Part shown: one piece after another, positions 29,743 to 40,252 of the stretch
How the letters are laid out: each line of letters begins with the position of its first letter
Position numbering within the stretch: the first letter of the stretch is position 1
NCBI GenBank assembly: GCA_050298055.1
Contig: JBNKTL010000008.1
Location: forward strand, 32,001 to 96,000
Origin: Spirochaetota bacterium
GTDB taxonomy: Bacteria; Spirochaetota; UBA4802; UBA5550
Length of the DNA: 64,000 nucleotides
Direction of reading: 5' to 3'
Notes under the pieces: model-generated
Seen by the model: only the letters and a program-made list of their open reading frames with translations
Databases searched by the model: none
Told to the model about the DNA's origin: nothing
Made by a program: the position numbers and the translations under genes

Positions 29743-31293
29743 GTGAGAGAGCTATTTGTTGTTCTGTTATCAGTTTTTTTTCTCGGTTTAACGGCCTGCG
29801 AGAGGTCATCTGTGATATACAACTCCTTTCAGGAATCAGTGGACGCGGAGATTGCCTCCCTGGACGCGGCGGATTTTACCTATACGGGGGCCGATAACCG
29901 GGACCACATTACCGATGACTTTACTCTCCCCACAACAGGCAGAGAAGGGACCACCATAACATGGACCAGCAGTCATCCCCAATATGTGATTGTGACCGGT
30001 GGAAACGCCGATGTGATTGCCCGCCCCGCTTACTTTGAAGGGGACTTTAAGGTGACCCTTACGGCAACGGTGAGTGTTGAGGGTGCCAGCGGGACAACGG
30101 AGATTGTTGTTGTGGTTGCCGCCGAAGAAACGCACATGATAACTCAAAAATATGTATCAGATCCCTCTGTTCAGGTAGGTGACAATTTCGGATACAGTGT
30201 ATCCATCAGCGGGGATCATGTCATAGCAGGTGTTCCCTATCAGGATCTCGGTGGCTTAACTACTGATGAATACGGTGCGGCCTATATCTTTGAGCGGAAC
30301 ACATTAGGTAACTGGAACCAGGTTCAAAAACTCAATGCCACTCCCTACAATCCAGGTGATGAATTTGGTTGCAGTGTGGCCGTCAGCGGAGACTATGCCA
30401 TTGTGGGAGCTCATAATAATGATGATTATGGGAATAATGCCGGATTAGCCTATATCTTTGAGCGGGACATAGGGGGAACATGGAACCAGGTTCAAATACT
30501 TTATGCTTCTAATTACGATGTTGATGACGAATTTGGTTACAGTGTGGCCATCAGCGGAGACTATGCCATTGTTGCTGCTTATAATTATAGCGGTTCTTCC
30601 GGCGCAATATATATTTTTGAGCGGGAAGGGGGCACCTGGAATGAAAAACAAACATTTACGGCTGAATCTGGTGGTGATTATTATGGAGAAAGTGTCTCCA
30701 TAAGCGGGAATTATGCTATTGTAGGAGCTTACTTTCATGATCCCGGTGGCGTATCTAACGCCGGAGCAGCCTATATCATTGAGCGGGACGCGGGGGGAAA
30801 CTGGAACCAGGTTCAAAAACTTACTGCCGATATTCCCGCTGTGAATGAGAACTTTGGCAATAGTGTTTCCATCAGCGGAAATTATGCCATTGTGGGCGCT
30901 TTTCAAAATATTGATTTGGGGTTTCAGGCCGGTGCGGCCTATATTTTTGAGCGGAACACATCAGGAAACTGGAACCGGGTTCAAAAACTCACTGCATCTA
31001 ATGGAGGGATTAATGACCGGTTTGGCACCAGTGTATCCATCAACAGGGGCTTTGCCGTAATAGGGGCTCCTTATGAAGATGACATAAGCAATAATGATAA
31101 TGGCGCAATATATGTTTTTAAGCGTAACAACAGCGGCAGCTGGTATGAAGATAAGATCATTCGGGCATCTCCGGAAGAGGATGATGCTTATTTTGGCTTT
31201 TATGTATCTATCAGTGAAGACTCTGTTATTGTGGGCGCTCACATGGAAGACAGCGGTGCAACAGATGGCGGTGCGATCTATATATTGTATTAG
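29743..31293 (+). CDS. lipoprotein with Ig-like domain and FG-GAP beta-propeller repeats
   Basis: Lipobox LTAC; FTLPTTG...ITWTSSHP Ig-like unit; about 7 repeats of FGxSVxISGDYAIVGA...GAAYIFER. Confidence 0.88.
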   Translation: MRELFVVLLSVFFLGLTACERSSVIYNSFQESVDAEIASLDAADFTYTGADNRDHITDDFTLPTTGREGTTITWTSSHPQYVIVTGGNADVIARPAYFEGDFKVTLTATVSVEGASGTTEIVVVVAAEETHMITQKYVSDPSVQVGDNFGYSVSISGDHVIAGVPYQDLGGLTTDEYGAAYIFERNTLGNWNQVQKLNATPYNPGDEFGCSVAVSGDYAIVGAHNNDDYGNNAGLAYIFERDIGGTWNQVQILYASNYDVDDEFGYSVAISGDYAIVAAYNYSGSSGAIYIFEREGGTWNEKQTFTAESGGDYYGESVSISGNYAIVGAYFHDPGGVSNAGAAYIIERDAGGNWNQVQKLTADIPAVNENFGNSVSISGNYAIVGAFQNIDLGFQAGAAYIFERNTSGNWNRVQKLTASNGGINDRFGTSVSINRGFAVIGAPYEDDISNNDNGAIYVFKRNNSGSWYEDKIIRASPEEDDAYFGFYVSISEDSVIVGAHMEDSGATDGGAIYILY

Positions 31294-31310
31294 GCTGTTT
31301 GCTTCTATAA

Positions 31311-31637
31311 TATAAGTATTTCAATATCCTCTCCAACAAAATTTCTGCGGTATTCCGGTTCGAGGCAAAAGACTTTGCGGATATATATATGATCGCGAAA
31401 AACCGGCAGTTCAATTGGGAAGAAATAGTCACTGAAGCAAAAATGAAAGAAGCCGCAGTTGATCCCATTGAATTGTATAATATTCTTCAAGCAATACCTT
31501 CCGATGCCATAAGCTCCATAAGATGTACCTCTTCTTTTGATAGTGCTCACATAAAGCGGGAACTGGCTGTTATCGCGGAGGATATCTTTAAAAGTACTGA
31601 AAATTCATTAAATGATGGTTCCCATGTGCCTGGTTAA
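31311..31637 (+). pseudogene. 5'-truncated AbiEii/AbiGii-type nucleotidyltransferase toxin remnant
   Basis: Frame reads NILSNKISAVFRFEAKDFADIYMI...WEEIVTEAKMKE, a typical C-terminal K...R..KD..D motif. An in-frame TAA at 31308 lies upstream and the N-terminal catalytic half is missing. Confidence 0.6.
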
Positions 31638-31740
31638 TGCTGAATTCAAAACTAACCCCAACCGATAATTTTTTCTATTGACGTCTCTTTTGATCGGTAT
31701 GATCTTGTGGCAGAAACATGATTATCTTTAAAAAGGACTA

Positions 31741-34700
31741 TTGCCTGTGATATTGACCCAGAGACCTCCCGTGGAAGACCTTCAAAAACTGGGAATCCCC
31801 TTTCAGAACAAAGTGGGTGCCTCCCGTAAAGTAAACAACCTCATTGAGGAGCTCAGTCATCCCAACATTGACTGGAAAACCGCCGTGGGGGAGATCAGGT
31901 CGTATCTCTTTGACTACATCCATGAGATCGCCCCGGAGGGTCCTGATATCCTCCCCATACTTTTCTACTTTCTCTACGAGGCAACGGCCCGGAAAAAGGG
32001 CTCGGCACTCCGGGCCTGTGAGACATTTTTCAACAGGTACAATTTCATTATAAAGAACCGGGGGGAGGGAAAAGGGGCCTTTGAAAAATTGCAGGAACTT
32101 TTTGATGAATTCTATGAGAAGTATAACAGCCTTCTGCTTGAAGAGAGCAGGCAGGGCTACTTCTACGGCAGTATCAATAATACCGTGCTTAATTTCGGTT
32201 CCACCCTGGTTGAAAAAGGGGAAGAGGCGGGCCCCCTTCTGGCTAAAATCAACACCTTTATAAAGCTTCAGTTTTTGGTATACCTGGAAAGAATAATCCT
32301 CACTTCTGAAAAGGAGATAAAAAAGCTGAAAGTCTCCCTGGCGGGGTCTTCGGTGCGGGATGAGATATTGGACCTTCTTGAATCTGTTTCAAAGAAATCG
32401 TACAGGAGACTTCTCGATTCTGTTGAAGACGGTTTGAAGAAAGACCAGCTCGGGCTCTTCGGAAGGATCCATGAAAAGCTCGATTTTTCCCACAATTCCC
32501 GGACATGGGAGAAGATATGCACACTGGTCAGGAAGAGTATCGACGAAGACGGGATAGATGATGCCTCCGCCCTTGACCTCCTTGCATACCTTATCGAAAA
32601 GTCCAACGAAGGGAGTGACCGGGACCTTCAGCTTTTTATCTCACGGACGGTTGCCTCCGTGTGCAGCACCTTTGTGCAGAAGGAGAAGATCTCTCTCCTG
32701 AACGATGTGGTGGACATGGTCATGCCTTCACTCCTCCGGGAGATCGAGAATGAACGGAACTACTATGCCGCCTTTACAACAATATACAACATCGGCAAAA
32801 CCGTCATCGAGTCGGGAAACCTTGAGGTCATCGATTATTTTGTGGACATACTGGTAAAATCAAAATTCTGCTTTCCCAGCTTTTCCGGGATTGCCTCAGA
32901 CTGGTCGGTGATCGTCAACTCGAGCCACCTGGAGAACATCAGGACCTGGATGAAGCTCATCGAGCTCAACCCGGTACTCATGGGAAGGCTTGCCGCCAGC
33001 CTCATCGTGAACCTCAAGCTGGGGGGTGTTTTCCTCAAGGACACCGATGTCTTCCAGCGGGACATCTCGCTGCTCCTCAACAGTGATTATAAAGAAGCCT
33101 TTTACCTGGTAACCTCTCTGGCCGCTGTTTTTCCGGCGTTCTTTCATGACATCGGCGCCACGGGGAATATCCGCTCTTTTACCGAGAAGATCGATACAAA
33201 CCACCAGATGAACGACCTTATCCATTTCGTGAGAAAACAGGTCCACGTGGAGTCAAGCAGCAGGACCGTTTTCCTGGTCCAGAGGGTGGTGGAGTTCTGG
33301 CTTTCCGGAGACAGGACCCTTCTCAAAGGGCTTGTTCCCGTAGAGGTCTATGACAACCTTGATCATCTCTATAAAATGATAAACTATGACCAGGAGAAAG
33401 TCCCGGAAGAGATCATCAGGGAGATGAAGGAGCACTTCACTCATCTGGCGGACCTGAAGTTCTGGGACTTTCTGGATCAAATAGGCAGGGACACCTTTGT
33501 TGAATTTGTTGAGAAGAATAACTTCCGGAAAATTTCCGGGAAGGAGAAAAAGGAGGCCCTTATCTACTTCGAGGATTACTTTACAACCAGAAATCCAACT
33601 GAGTTGAGTAAAATGCTCCTGGTTATCGAGGATATGTTCGGTGTCGATATGACCACCACCAAGATATGGAAACTCCTCTACGAGATATCCGATGATGAAT
33701 TCAGGCGGATGTTCGATGTGGTGGAGCAGTGTGATGTCTCCAAAGTCAACGTGGAGAAATTTATCACCTTCCTCCATGTCTACAGGATGCTCTTTGACAA
33801 GTATAACTTTTCCGAGATCAGGGCCGTTGAAAAACTGGAAATATACGCGGGGGAGGGGCTGTTCCGGCCCCATGAAGATTTCTTCCGGGTGCTTACCGGC
33901 CCGGACCTCTTAAAGGCCCTGGACAGGCTGCTCCTGACCCAGGATTCCCTGAAAAAGGGGATACTCCTCTCCGGGGAGCAGTTCGAGCCCCTTGATACCA
34001 TCGAGTTCAAGAGGCATATCGCCTTCGGGATACCCTCCATGTACGGGTCTTACAAAGAGAAAAAGTTCGATACCCTGAAGGTCTTTTTCCACATGAACCT
34101 TATCAGGCTGAGTCTCTTTGAAAAGATCGATGAGGAGTATGGTAATTTTGAAAAGGGTGAGCTCGATTTTCCCCTTATCAGGGAGATCATCTTTCTCTTT
34201 CTCAGAACCTTTCTTATTGACGGACTGGCAAACCAGGAGATGCTCATCTCGTGTAACCTCCTTGATACACCGAATATGAGATTTGCCCAGTTCAGGGACA
34301 TCATCAACCATCTCCTGAGCATTCACGGGGAGGTTTCCGACAGGTTCAACAAGACCTTCAAGTCTGTCTGCGTCTCCGCCATTAACAATATCGGGATTGA
34401 CAGTATCATAGAAAAGTTCCATCCCCATGACAGGGAGAACAGTATTGAGATCATTGTTGACCGGTTTATGAGGGACCAGATAATGCAGTCACCCCTCCTC
34501 CAGCTTTTCGATAACTTTCTCATCAGGCTGAGAGACAGGGTGCAGGCTGAAATGGATGAAAAAAGCGACTTTATCTGTCTTAACTGCGGCGACCCGGACA
34601 AGCTTGAGAGCGGTAAGATCCATGAGTTGAGGAGCTTTGATGACTTTATGCCGGAACACAAGACCTATCTTCCCATATGGGACATAGGGGGCAAGGCTTA

Positions 34701-36141
34701 CAGCCTCTTCTTCGCCAGAAATATAAAGGAACTTACGGTGCCGGATGGTTTTATCCTCCCCCCCGGTCTCTATGACTGGATACGGGAGGGTGATATCAAC
34801 AGCTCCAAGTTCAGGGAGAAGGTGGTGGACCACTTCAGGGAGTATATCGACGAGTTCTCGGAAGGAAGGTTCGGCAACCCGGACAACCCCATGCTCTTTT
34901 CGGTAAGAAGCGGTGCCGTATTTTCAATGCCCGGGGTCATGGATACCATAACCAATGTGGGAATGACCGACGAGATCCTCCACAGGCTTGCCCGGAGAGA
35001 CATGTGGTTCGCATACGACTGTTACAGGAGGCTTATCCAGGACTTTGCCATTTCCCTTGCCGATGTTGACAGGAGGGTCTTCGAAAACCTCATGGCCACT
35101 GCCAAAGGCCGTGCCGGTGTGGCGCTCAAGGAACAGCTTTCCGGGGAGCAGATGCGGGATGTTGCCGAGAGCTACAAGTATGCCATCAATAATTATGCCG
35201 TGTCCCTTCCCAAGGACCCCTATCTCCAGCTTCTCTATGCCATACTCTCCGTCTATAAGTCGTGGGACTCAAGCATTGCCCGGAACTACAGGAAGTTCAT
35301 AAACATCTCCGATGAGTGGGGGACTTCCGTTGTGGTCCAGAAGATGGTATTCGGTAACTATACCCCTTCCTGTCTTACCGGTGTGGTCCACAGCAGCTTT
35401 CACGGTTCTGAAAATATCGGGATTTTCGGTGAGTACAAGACCAGGGCCCAGGGCTACGATATTGTAAGCGGTGTGGCGCGGGTCTTTCCCATAAGCGAGA
35501 GACAGAAGACGGTCCAGCCAAAGCTGAAGGAATACCCGTCGCTTGAAAACTCATTTCCGGAAATATATAAAAAGCTCCTGGACATGGTTGCCACGGTGAG
35601 AAAACACTGGAAGAATGATGTGGAGATGGAGTTTACCGTGCAGAATGACCTCCTCTACCTCCTGCAGGTCAGGGGAATGACAAGCGACACCTTTGATGTT
35701 GAGGAAGTGGATGAAAAGCCCAGAGAGCTTATTAAATCTCTTCTCGGCCAGGGACTTGCCGCGTCCGGGGGCGCGGTTTCCGGCAGGGCGGTTTTCGATA
35801 TTGACAGGATTGACATGGTGCGAAATGCATATCCTGGCGATAAATTGGTTCTCATCCGTCCAGAAACAAATCCCGAGGATGTCATCGGTATGAAGAAATC
35901 GGACGGCATCCTGACCTGTATCGGCGGAATGACTTCACACGCGGTCCTCCAGATGAAGCGTCTTAACAAGTCGGGGGTAAGCGACTTTTCCGCAATGAAG
36001 ATCGATGATAAGAAAAATATCGCTGTTATCAAAGGCGGCAATGAAGACGATACTACCATTATCCGGGAGGGTGATTTCCTCACCATCGACGGCAGCACGG
36101 GACATGTCTACTTCGGATTTCACAAAACAAAGAAGAAATAA
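31741..36141 (+). CDS. PPDK-related dikinase: ~980-aa unknown N-terminal region, ATP-grasp and phospho-His swivel domains; no C-terminal pyruvate-binding barrel
   Basis: IGGKA, VPDGF, LFSVRSGAVFSMPGVMDTITNVGM, YDCYRRLIQ, VVQKMVFGN, EMEFT, ETNPEDVIGM, GGMTSHA; ends at LTIDGSTGHVY. TTG start with AAGGA RBS. Confidence 0.85.
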   Translation: MPVILTQRPPVEDLQKLGIPFQNKVGASRKVNNLIEELSHPNIDWKTAVGEIRSYLFDYIHEIAPEGPDILPILFYFLYEATARKKGSALRACETFFNRYNFIIKNRGEGKGAFEKLQELFDEFYEKYNSLLLEESRQGYFYGSINNTVLNFGSTLVEKGEEAGPLLAKINTFIKLQFLVYLERIILTSEKEIKKLKVSLAGSSVRDEILDLLESVSKKSYRRLLDSVEDGLKKDQLGLFGRIHEKLDFSHNSRTWEKICTLVRKSIDEDGIDDASALDLLAYLIEKSNEGSDRDLQLFISRTVASVCSTFVQKEKISLLNDVVDMVMPSLLREIENERNYYAAFTTIYNIGKTVIESGNLEVIDYFVDILVKSKFCFPSFSGIASDWSVIVNSSHLENIRTWMKLIELNPVLMGRLAASLIVNLKLGGVFLKDTDVFQRDISLLLNSDYKEAFYLVTSLAAVFPAFFHDIGATGNIRSFTEKIDTNHQMNDLIHFVRKQVHVESSSRTVFLVQRVVEFWLSGDRTLLKGLVPVEVYDNLDHLYKMINYDQEKVPEEIIREMKEHFTHLADLKFWDFLDQIGRDTFVEFVEKNNFRKISGKEKKEALIYFEDYFTTRNPTELSKMLLVIEDMFGVDMTTTKIWKLLYEISDDEFRRMFDVVEQCDVSKVNVEKFITFLHVYRMLFDKYNFSEIRAVEKLEIYAGEGLFRPHEDFFRVLTGPDLLKALDRLLLTQDSLKKGILLSGEQFEPLDTIEFKRHIAFGIPSMYGSYKEKKFDTLKVFFHMNLIRLSLFEKIDEEYGNFEKGELDFPLIREIIFLFLRTFLIDGLANQEMLISCNLLDTPNMRFAQFRDIINHLLSIHGEVSDRFNKTFKSVCVSAINNIGIDSIIEKFHPHDRENSIEIIVDRFMRDQIMQSPLLQLFDNFLIRLRDRVQAEMDEKSDFICLNCGDPDKLESGKIHELRSFDDFMPEHKTYLPIWDIGGKAYSLFFARNIKELTVPDGFILPPGLYDWIREGDINSSKFREKVVDHFREYIDEFSEGRFGNPDNPMLFSVRSGAVFSMPGVMDTITNVGMTDEILHRLARRDMWFAYDCYRRLIQDFAISLADVDRRVFENLMATAKGRAGVALKEQLSGEQMRDVAESYKYAINNYAVSLPKDPYLQLLYAILSVYKSWDSSIARNYRKFINISDEWGTSVVVQKMVFGNYTPSCLTGVVHSSFHGSENIGIFGEYKTRAQGYDIVSGVARVFPISERQKTVQPKLKEYPSLENSFPEIYKKLLDMVATVRKHWKNDVEMEFTVQNDLLYLLQVRGMTSDTFDVEEVDEKPRELIKSLLGQGLAASGGAVSGRAVFDIDRIDMVRNAYPGDKLVLIRPETNPEDVIGMKKSDGILTCIGGMTSHAVLQMKRLNKSGVSDFSAMKIDDKKNIAVIKGGNEDDTTIIREGDFLTIDGSTGHVYFGFHKTKKK

Positions 36142-36198
36142 AAGGAACTACTCACCTTTGGTAAAATAATACTCTTTATACCTTAAATAATTAAGGGA

Positions 36199-36287
36199 TT
36201 TAGCCGCAGATGCACGCAGATAGATACAGATAGGATAAGAAAAGAGAAAAAATTATCAGCGTTCATCTGCGTTTATCTGCGGCTAAA
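36199..36287. repeat. palindromic repeat (family 2-related outer arms)
   Basis: tttagccgcagatgcacgcagat...atctgcgtttatctgcggctaaa inverted arms built from ~9-bp units. Confidence 0.75.
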
Positions 36288-36386
36288 TTTCTTCTTCTTT
36301 TTCACCTCTAAAAAGACTTGCCATTTTTAAAATGAAAACAAAAATTGAGTTGTCTTGAATAATTGTTAATGATCGGAGATGAGATT

Positions 36387-37538
36387 ATGAGCCAGGTTTC
36401 ATTTAAGTCACCAATAGGAATCAACGGAATAGGACGAATAGGAAAACTCCTCGTCTGGTGTCTTACTGCGAGAAAGGAACAGAAAGAAATTGTCATTTCG
36501 ACCGGCAGGGAAGTGGGGAAAAGCATAAATGACCTTGCCGCTTACTTTGAGTATGACAGCACCTACGGGAACTATGAGAAGTTCCTCTTCGGGTATAAAG
36601 CTGAGAAGCGTATTGAGATAAAGGATTCCGTGCTTTATATGAACGGGGTGAAGATAACCTGGCTCAACCAGCCCGAGTTCAGGGTCCCGGGGAAGATCCC
36701 CTGGTGTGATTACGGCGTGGAAATGGTCTTTGATACAACCGGTAAGATGGTTGATCCCACTGTCTGCGATGATAATTCCCTGAGAGGGCATCTCAATAAT
36801 GCAAAGAAAGTCATGCTCACAGCGCCCTTTAAGATAAAAAGCAAGGGCGCCCTCATGCCGGAAGACTCCATTACCGTTGTGGGAGGTGTAAACTACCAGG
36901 ATTATGATGACAATAAGCACAACATTATCTCAAACGCATCGTGTACTACAAATTGCTGCGCCCCCCCCATCAAGGCCATTGTTGACCATTTCGGTGAGAA
37001 ACTGATATCCTACGCGCTGACAACGGTACATGCCGCCACCAATTCCCAGTCTGTTCTCGATTCACTGGCAAAGAGCGGGGAGAAGGACACAAGAAAGAGC
37101 AGAAGCTCACTGAACAATATGATCCCGACTACCACAGGGGCCGCCGGCGCGGTCCTTGAAGTCATCCCGGAGATCAGGGAACTGGGAATAGGTTCCCAGG
37201 CATCAGGTATCCGGGTCCCGGTAAATACAGGTTCAATTGTTGTCCTGGATATATCGGTTATGGGTGAATATGACAATGATTCAATGCACGATATTTTCAG
37301 AAAATATTCCGAAAAAAACAGCGATATAATGAAATTCTCCGATGAGCAGCTTGTCAGCTCCGATATAGTGGGAGCGACCCACTCAAGCATATACGACTCG
37401 CCTTTTACCCATCACAGGACCTCTAAAAGGGATGACAGGTACTATACCATGTTCGACCTCAATTTCTGGTACGACAATGAGTTTGGTTACGTGAATTCAC
37501 TCCTCAGGACATACGATCTCATCACCAGAAGAAGGTAA
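36387..37538 (+). CDS. gap: glyceraldehyde-3-phosphate dehydrogenase (divergent type I)
   Basis: GINGIGRIGK, YDSTYG, ISNASCTTNC, TTVHAATNSQ, NMIPTTTGAA, RVPVNTGS, WYDNEFGY. Confidence 0.9.
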   Translation: MSQVSFKSPIGINGIGRIGKLLVWCLTARKEQKEIVISTGREVGKSINDLAAYFEYDSTYGNYEKFLFGYKAEKRIEIKDSVLYMNGVKITWLNQPEFRVPGKIPWCDYGVEMVFDTTGKMVDPTVCDDNSLRGHLNNAKKVMLTAPFKIKSKGALMPEDSITVVGGVNYQDYDDNKHNIISNASCTTNCCAPPIKAIVDHFGEKLISYALTTVHAATNSQSVLDSLAKSGEKDTRKSRSSLNNMIPTTTGAAGAVLEVIPEIRELGIGSQASGIRVPVNTGSIVVLDISVMGEYDNDSMHDIFRKYSEKNSDIMKFSDEQLVSSDIVGATHSSIYDSPFTHHRTSKRDDRYYTMFDLNFWYDNEFGYVNSLLRTYDLITRRR

Positions 37539-37596
37539 AAGGCGGTATTCCCTCTTAAATTCCTTAGAGGTTCGTATCTGTATACTTTCTTTTGAA

Positions 37597-37748
37597 CCGC
37601 CAAGTTTAAGATAATGTTGAATGTTAAATTGTAAATTTTAAGTTATCTGATAAGGAACAGTTTCTTTAATTTAACATTTAACATTAAAAACTTAACATTA
37701 ATAAAACTCTTCCTTCGTGCACTTCGTGAGCTTCGTGTGAAACCTCTT
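37597..37748. repeat. nested palindromic repeat family 2, copy 2
   Basis: 7-mer arrays aatgttg/aatgtta versus taacatt; shares aacattaataaaactcttccttcgtgc...gtgagcttcgtgtgaaacctctt with 10620-10673. Confidence 0.8.
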
Positions 37749-37790
37749 TTTCCTTTTCTTATCCTTTCCCCGGGAAAAGGGAAAGAGCCA

Positions 37791-37819
37791 TTGACATAAA
37801 TTAAAATTCATACTATATT
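37791..37819 (+). promoter_or_regulatory. sigma70-like promoter
   Basis: TTGACA-17 bp-TATATT about 50 bp upstream of the kinase gene. Confidence 0.6.
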
Positions 37820-37867
37820 ATTGCATGATTTTTTCTCTGCAATTCCTCTGTGGTTTCCGGTGGAGAC

Positions 37868-40231
37868 ATGAGTAAAATGGCTTCCGGTGATTCCTACAAG
37901 GAGATAATCCAGACTCTTCCGGACATCATCTATGAAATAGATCCCCGGGGGAACTTTACCTACCTCAATGAAGCGGTCACAAAACTTGGTTATGATCCGG
38001 AGGAACTTCTCGGCAAACACTTCAGTATACTCATTCACCCCCATGATATACGGGAAGTTTCTCTGAATGAGATTATCAGCAGGTTCAAGGGTAAAACAGT
38101 TGATGACCGGGAGCAGCCGAAAGTCTTTAACGAGAGAAGGACCGGGAAAAGACTCACAAGGGGGCTTAAACTTCGTCTCCTGCCGAAGAACTATGACAGC
38201 CACAGGGAAAACCACGTGGAGTGTGAAATATATGCCCTGGGAAAGTACGAATATATCGATGATGAGAAAAGGCAGTTTCTCGGGACCCTGGGAATGATAA
38301 AGGATGTCAGTGAAAGAAAACTCTCCGAGAAGCTCCTGCTCCTCAATGAAAAGCATTACAGGAACCTCATGGAGAATATCACCGAGGTTATTTCCATTAT
38401 CTTCCCCGACGGTACGGTGCTTTATAAAACAGATTCCGTTACAAATATCCTGGGCTATGAACCATTTGATTTAATCGGCGAGAATGAGATTGAATATATT
38501 CATCCCGATGATATCAGAAAATTTGATAATATCCTCAAGGGGAAGGTCGACATCGAAAAGATCAATATCCTGAGATACAGGTACATGAACAGAAACGGTC
38601 TCTGGAGGATATTTGAAACCAGGTTTAAAAAAATTCTCGATCCTGAAAGTAAAACCATGTGCTATATATGCAATTCCCGGGATATAACCGAACAGATTGA
38701 AGCGGAGGACAAGCTGATCATGGCCATGGAGATGGCCAGGGCCGCCTCACGGGCAAAGAGCGAATTCCTTGCCAATATCAGTCACGAGATCAGAACACCC
38801 CTGAACGCAATCCTCGGGTTTACACAGCTACTGGAGAGCATGATCGGGGATGAAGAACTTTCCGGGTACCTGTCGGCGATAAAAACCGCAGGCAACAGCC
38901 TCCTGACGCTTATCAATGACATCCTGGACCTCTCCAAGGTTGAAGCGGGGAAAATTGAGCTCCTCTATGGACCCGTTTCTTTAAAAAATCTGTTTGCGGA
39001 GATTGAAAATATCTTCTCGTTGAAGATAAAGGAAAAAAAGATTCAATATTTTACAGACCTTGACAGGCTGCTTCCCTCCGTAATCATTCTTGATAAGGCA
39101 AGGATCAGGCAGGTTCTTTTCAATGTTGTGGGAAATGCCATTAAGTTTACGGATAAAGGGTTTATTAAAGTATCGGCCGGTGCAAGGTTCAGGAGTGATG
39201 ATAAAAGCTTTGCCGATTTAATCATCTCAGTGGAGGATACCGGTACAGGGATTCCCGGGGAGGAGCAGGAGAGGATCTTTGAGTCCTTTGTTCAGAGAAA
39301 GGGACAGAACAAGACCAGGTATGGGGGGACAGGGCTCGGCCTTTCCATCTGTAAAAAACTCCTTGATGCCATGGGCGGGGACATATCGGTCTCAAGCAAG
39401 CCGGGGGAGGGGTCCCTGTTTACACTGACTGTCAGGGACGTAAGGATAGCGGACTCAAAAGCAGATGCTTTACATAATGATATTGATTACTCTTCAATAT
39501 CTTTTACCCCGGCCACAATACTGGTCGTCACCGGTGAAAATGCGGACCTCAATTTTATCAAGCGGATTTTTTCCGGAACAGATGTGAAAATTATAACCGG
39601 CAGAAGTCTTCAGAGTGCAGTTGAAATAATTGAAAGTTTGACACCGGACATCATTATTATCGATATCAGGATGCTCATGAATAATCCCCTTTCTGATAAA
39701 ATACTGAACCAGGAGGAAAGGGAGAGGCGGGTCCCCCTGATTTCAATTTTACCGTCCGATGGGGAGATGGAGAAAATGGAGATTCTCCCTGAATACGGGG
39801 CGTGTGACGGATTAATTATGAGACCTTTCAGCAAATCGTCTCTTTACGGGGAAGTCAGCCGGTTTATCGGTTTCAGAGATCTCCCGGTCAAGGGGGGGGC
39901 CGTATCCGGAAATTTCTATTCCCATAAACTGGAAAAAAACGGTTTCCCGGCTGATTCACTTGAATTGATTCCCACAATGGTCAATATCCTTGAAGATGAG
40001 TACATGCCCCTCTGGGAGAAATATTGCAGGGTTCATCACATGAACAGGCTGAGAGAGTTTGGGGCCGGTATTGAAAATATCGGTGTACAGTACTCGGTTG
40101 AACAGCTTGCAGATTACGGCAGAGACCTTGTAAAATATGCCGACAGGTTTGATATTGAAAAGATCAAGAGAACTCTGGAGTTTTTCCCTGAAATTATTGA
40201 TACGGTGAAGAGATTGCTTGACAGCAGGTAA
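37868..40231 (+). CDS. PAS-PAS hybrid histidine kinase with degenerate receiver domain
   Basis: AKSEFLANISHEIRTPLNAI, RIRQVLFNVVGNAIKFT, GGTGLGLSI; receiver lacks the acidic pocket (VVTGEN) and the conserved K (IMRPF). Confidence 0.9.
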   Translation: MSKMASGDSYKEIIQTLPDIIYEIDPRGNFTYLNEAVTKLGYDPEELLGKHFSILIHPHDIREVSLNEIISRFKGKTVDDREQPKVFNERRTGKRLTRGLKLRLLPKNYDSHRENHVECEIYALGKYEYIDDEKRQFLGTLGMIKDVSERKLSEKLLLLNEKHYRNLMENITEVISIIFPDGTVLYKTDSVTNILGYEPFDLIGENEIEYIHPDDIRKFDNILKGKVDIEKINILRYRYMNRNGLWRIFETRFKKILDPESKTMCYICNSRDITEQIEAEDKLIMAMEMARAASRAKSEFLANISHEIRTPLNAILGFTQLLESMIGDEELSGYLSAIKTAGNSLLTLINDILDLSKVEAGKIELLYGPVSLKNLFAEIENIFSLKIKEKKIQYFTDLDRLLPSVIILDKARIRQVLFNVVGNAIKFTDKGFIKVSAGARFRSDDKSFADLIISVEDTGTGIPGEEQERIFESFVQRKGQNKTRYGGTGLGLSICKKLLDAMGGDISVSSKPGEGSLFTLTVRDVRIADSKADALHNDIDYSSISFTPATILVVTGENADLNFIKRIFSGTDVKIITGRSLQSAVEIIESLTPDIIIIDIRMLMNNPLSDKILNQEERERRVPLISILPSDGEMEKMEILPEYGACDGLIMRPFSKSSLYGEVSRFIGFRDLPVKGGAVSGNFYSHKLEKNGFPADSLELIPTMVNILEDEYMPLWEKYCRVHHMNRLREFGAGIENIGVQYSVEQLADYGRDLVKYADRFDIEKIKRTLEFFPEIIDTVKRLLDSR

Positions 40232-40252
40232 GATGGCCGGAATATTTCATCA

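Noticed and set aside
30180..31290. Near-identical DNA repeats as a DGR template/variable pair
   Set aside because: They are in-frame FG-GAP propeller blades; no reverse transcriptase and no adenine-specific mismatch pattern
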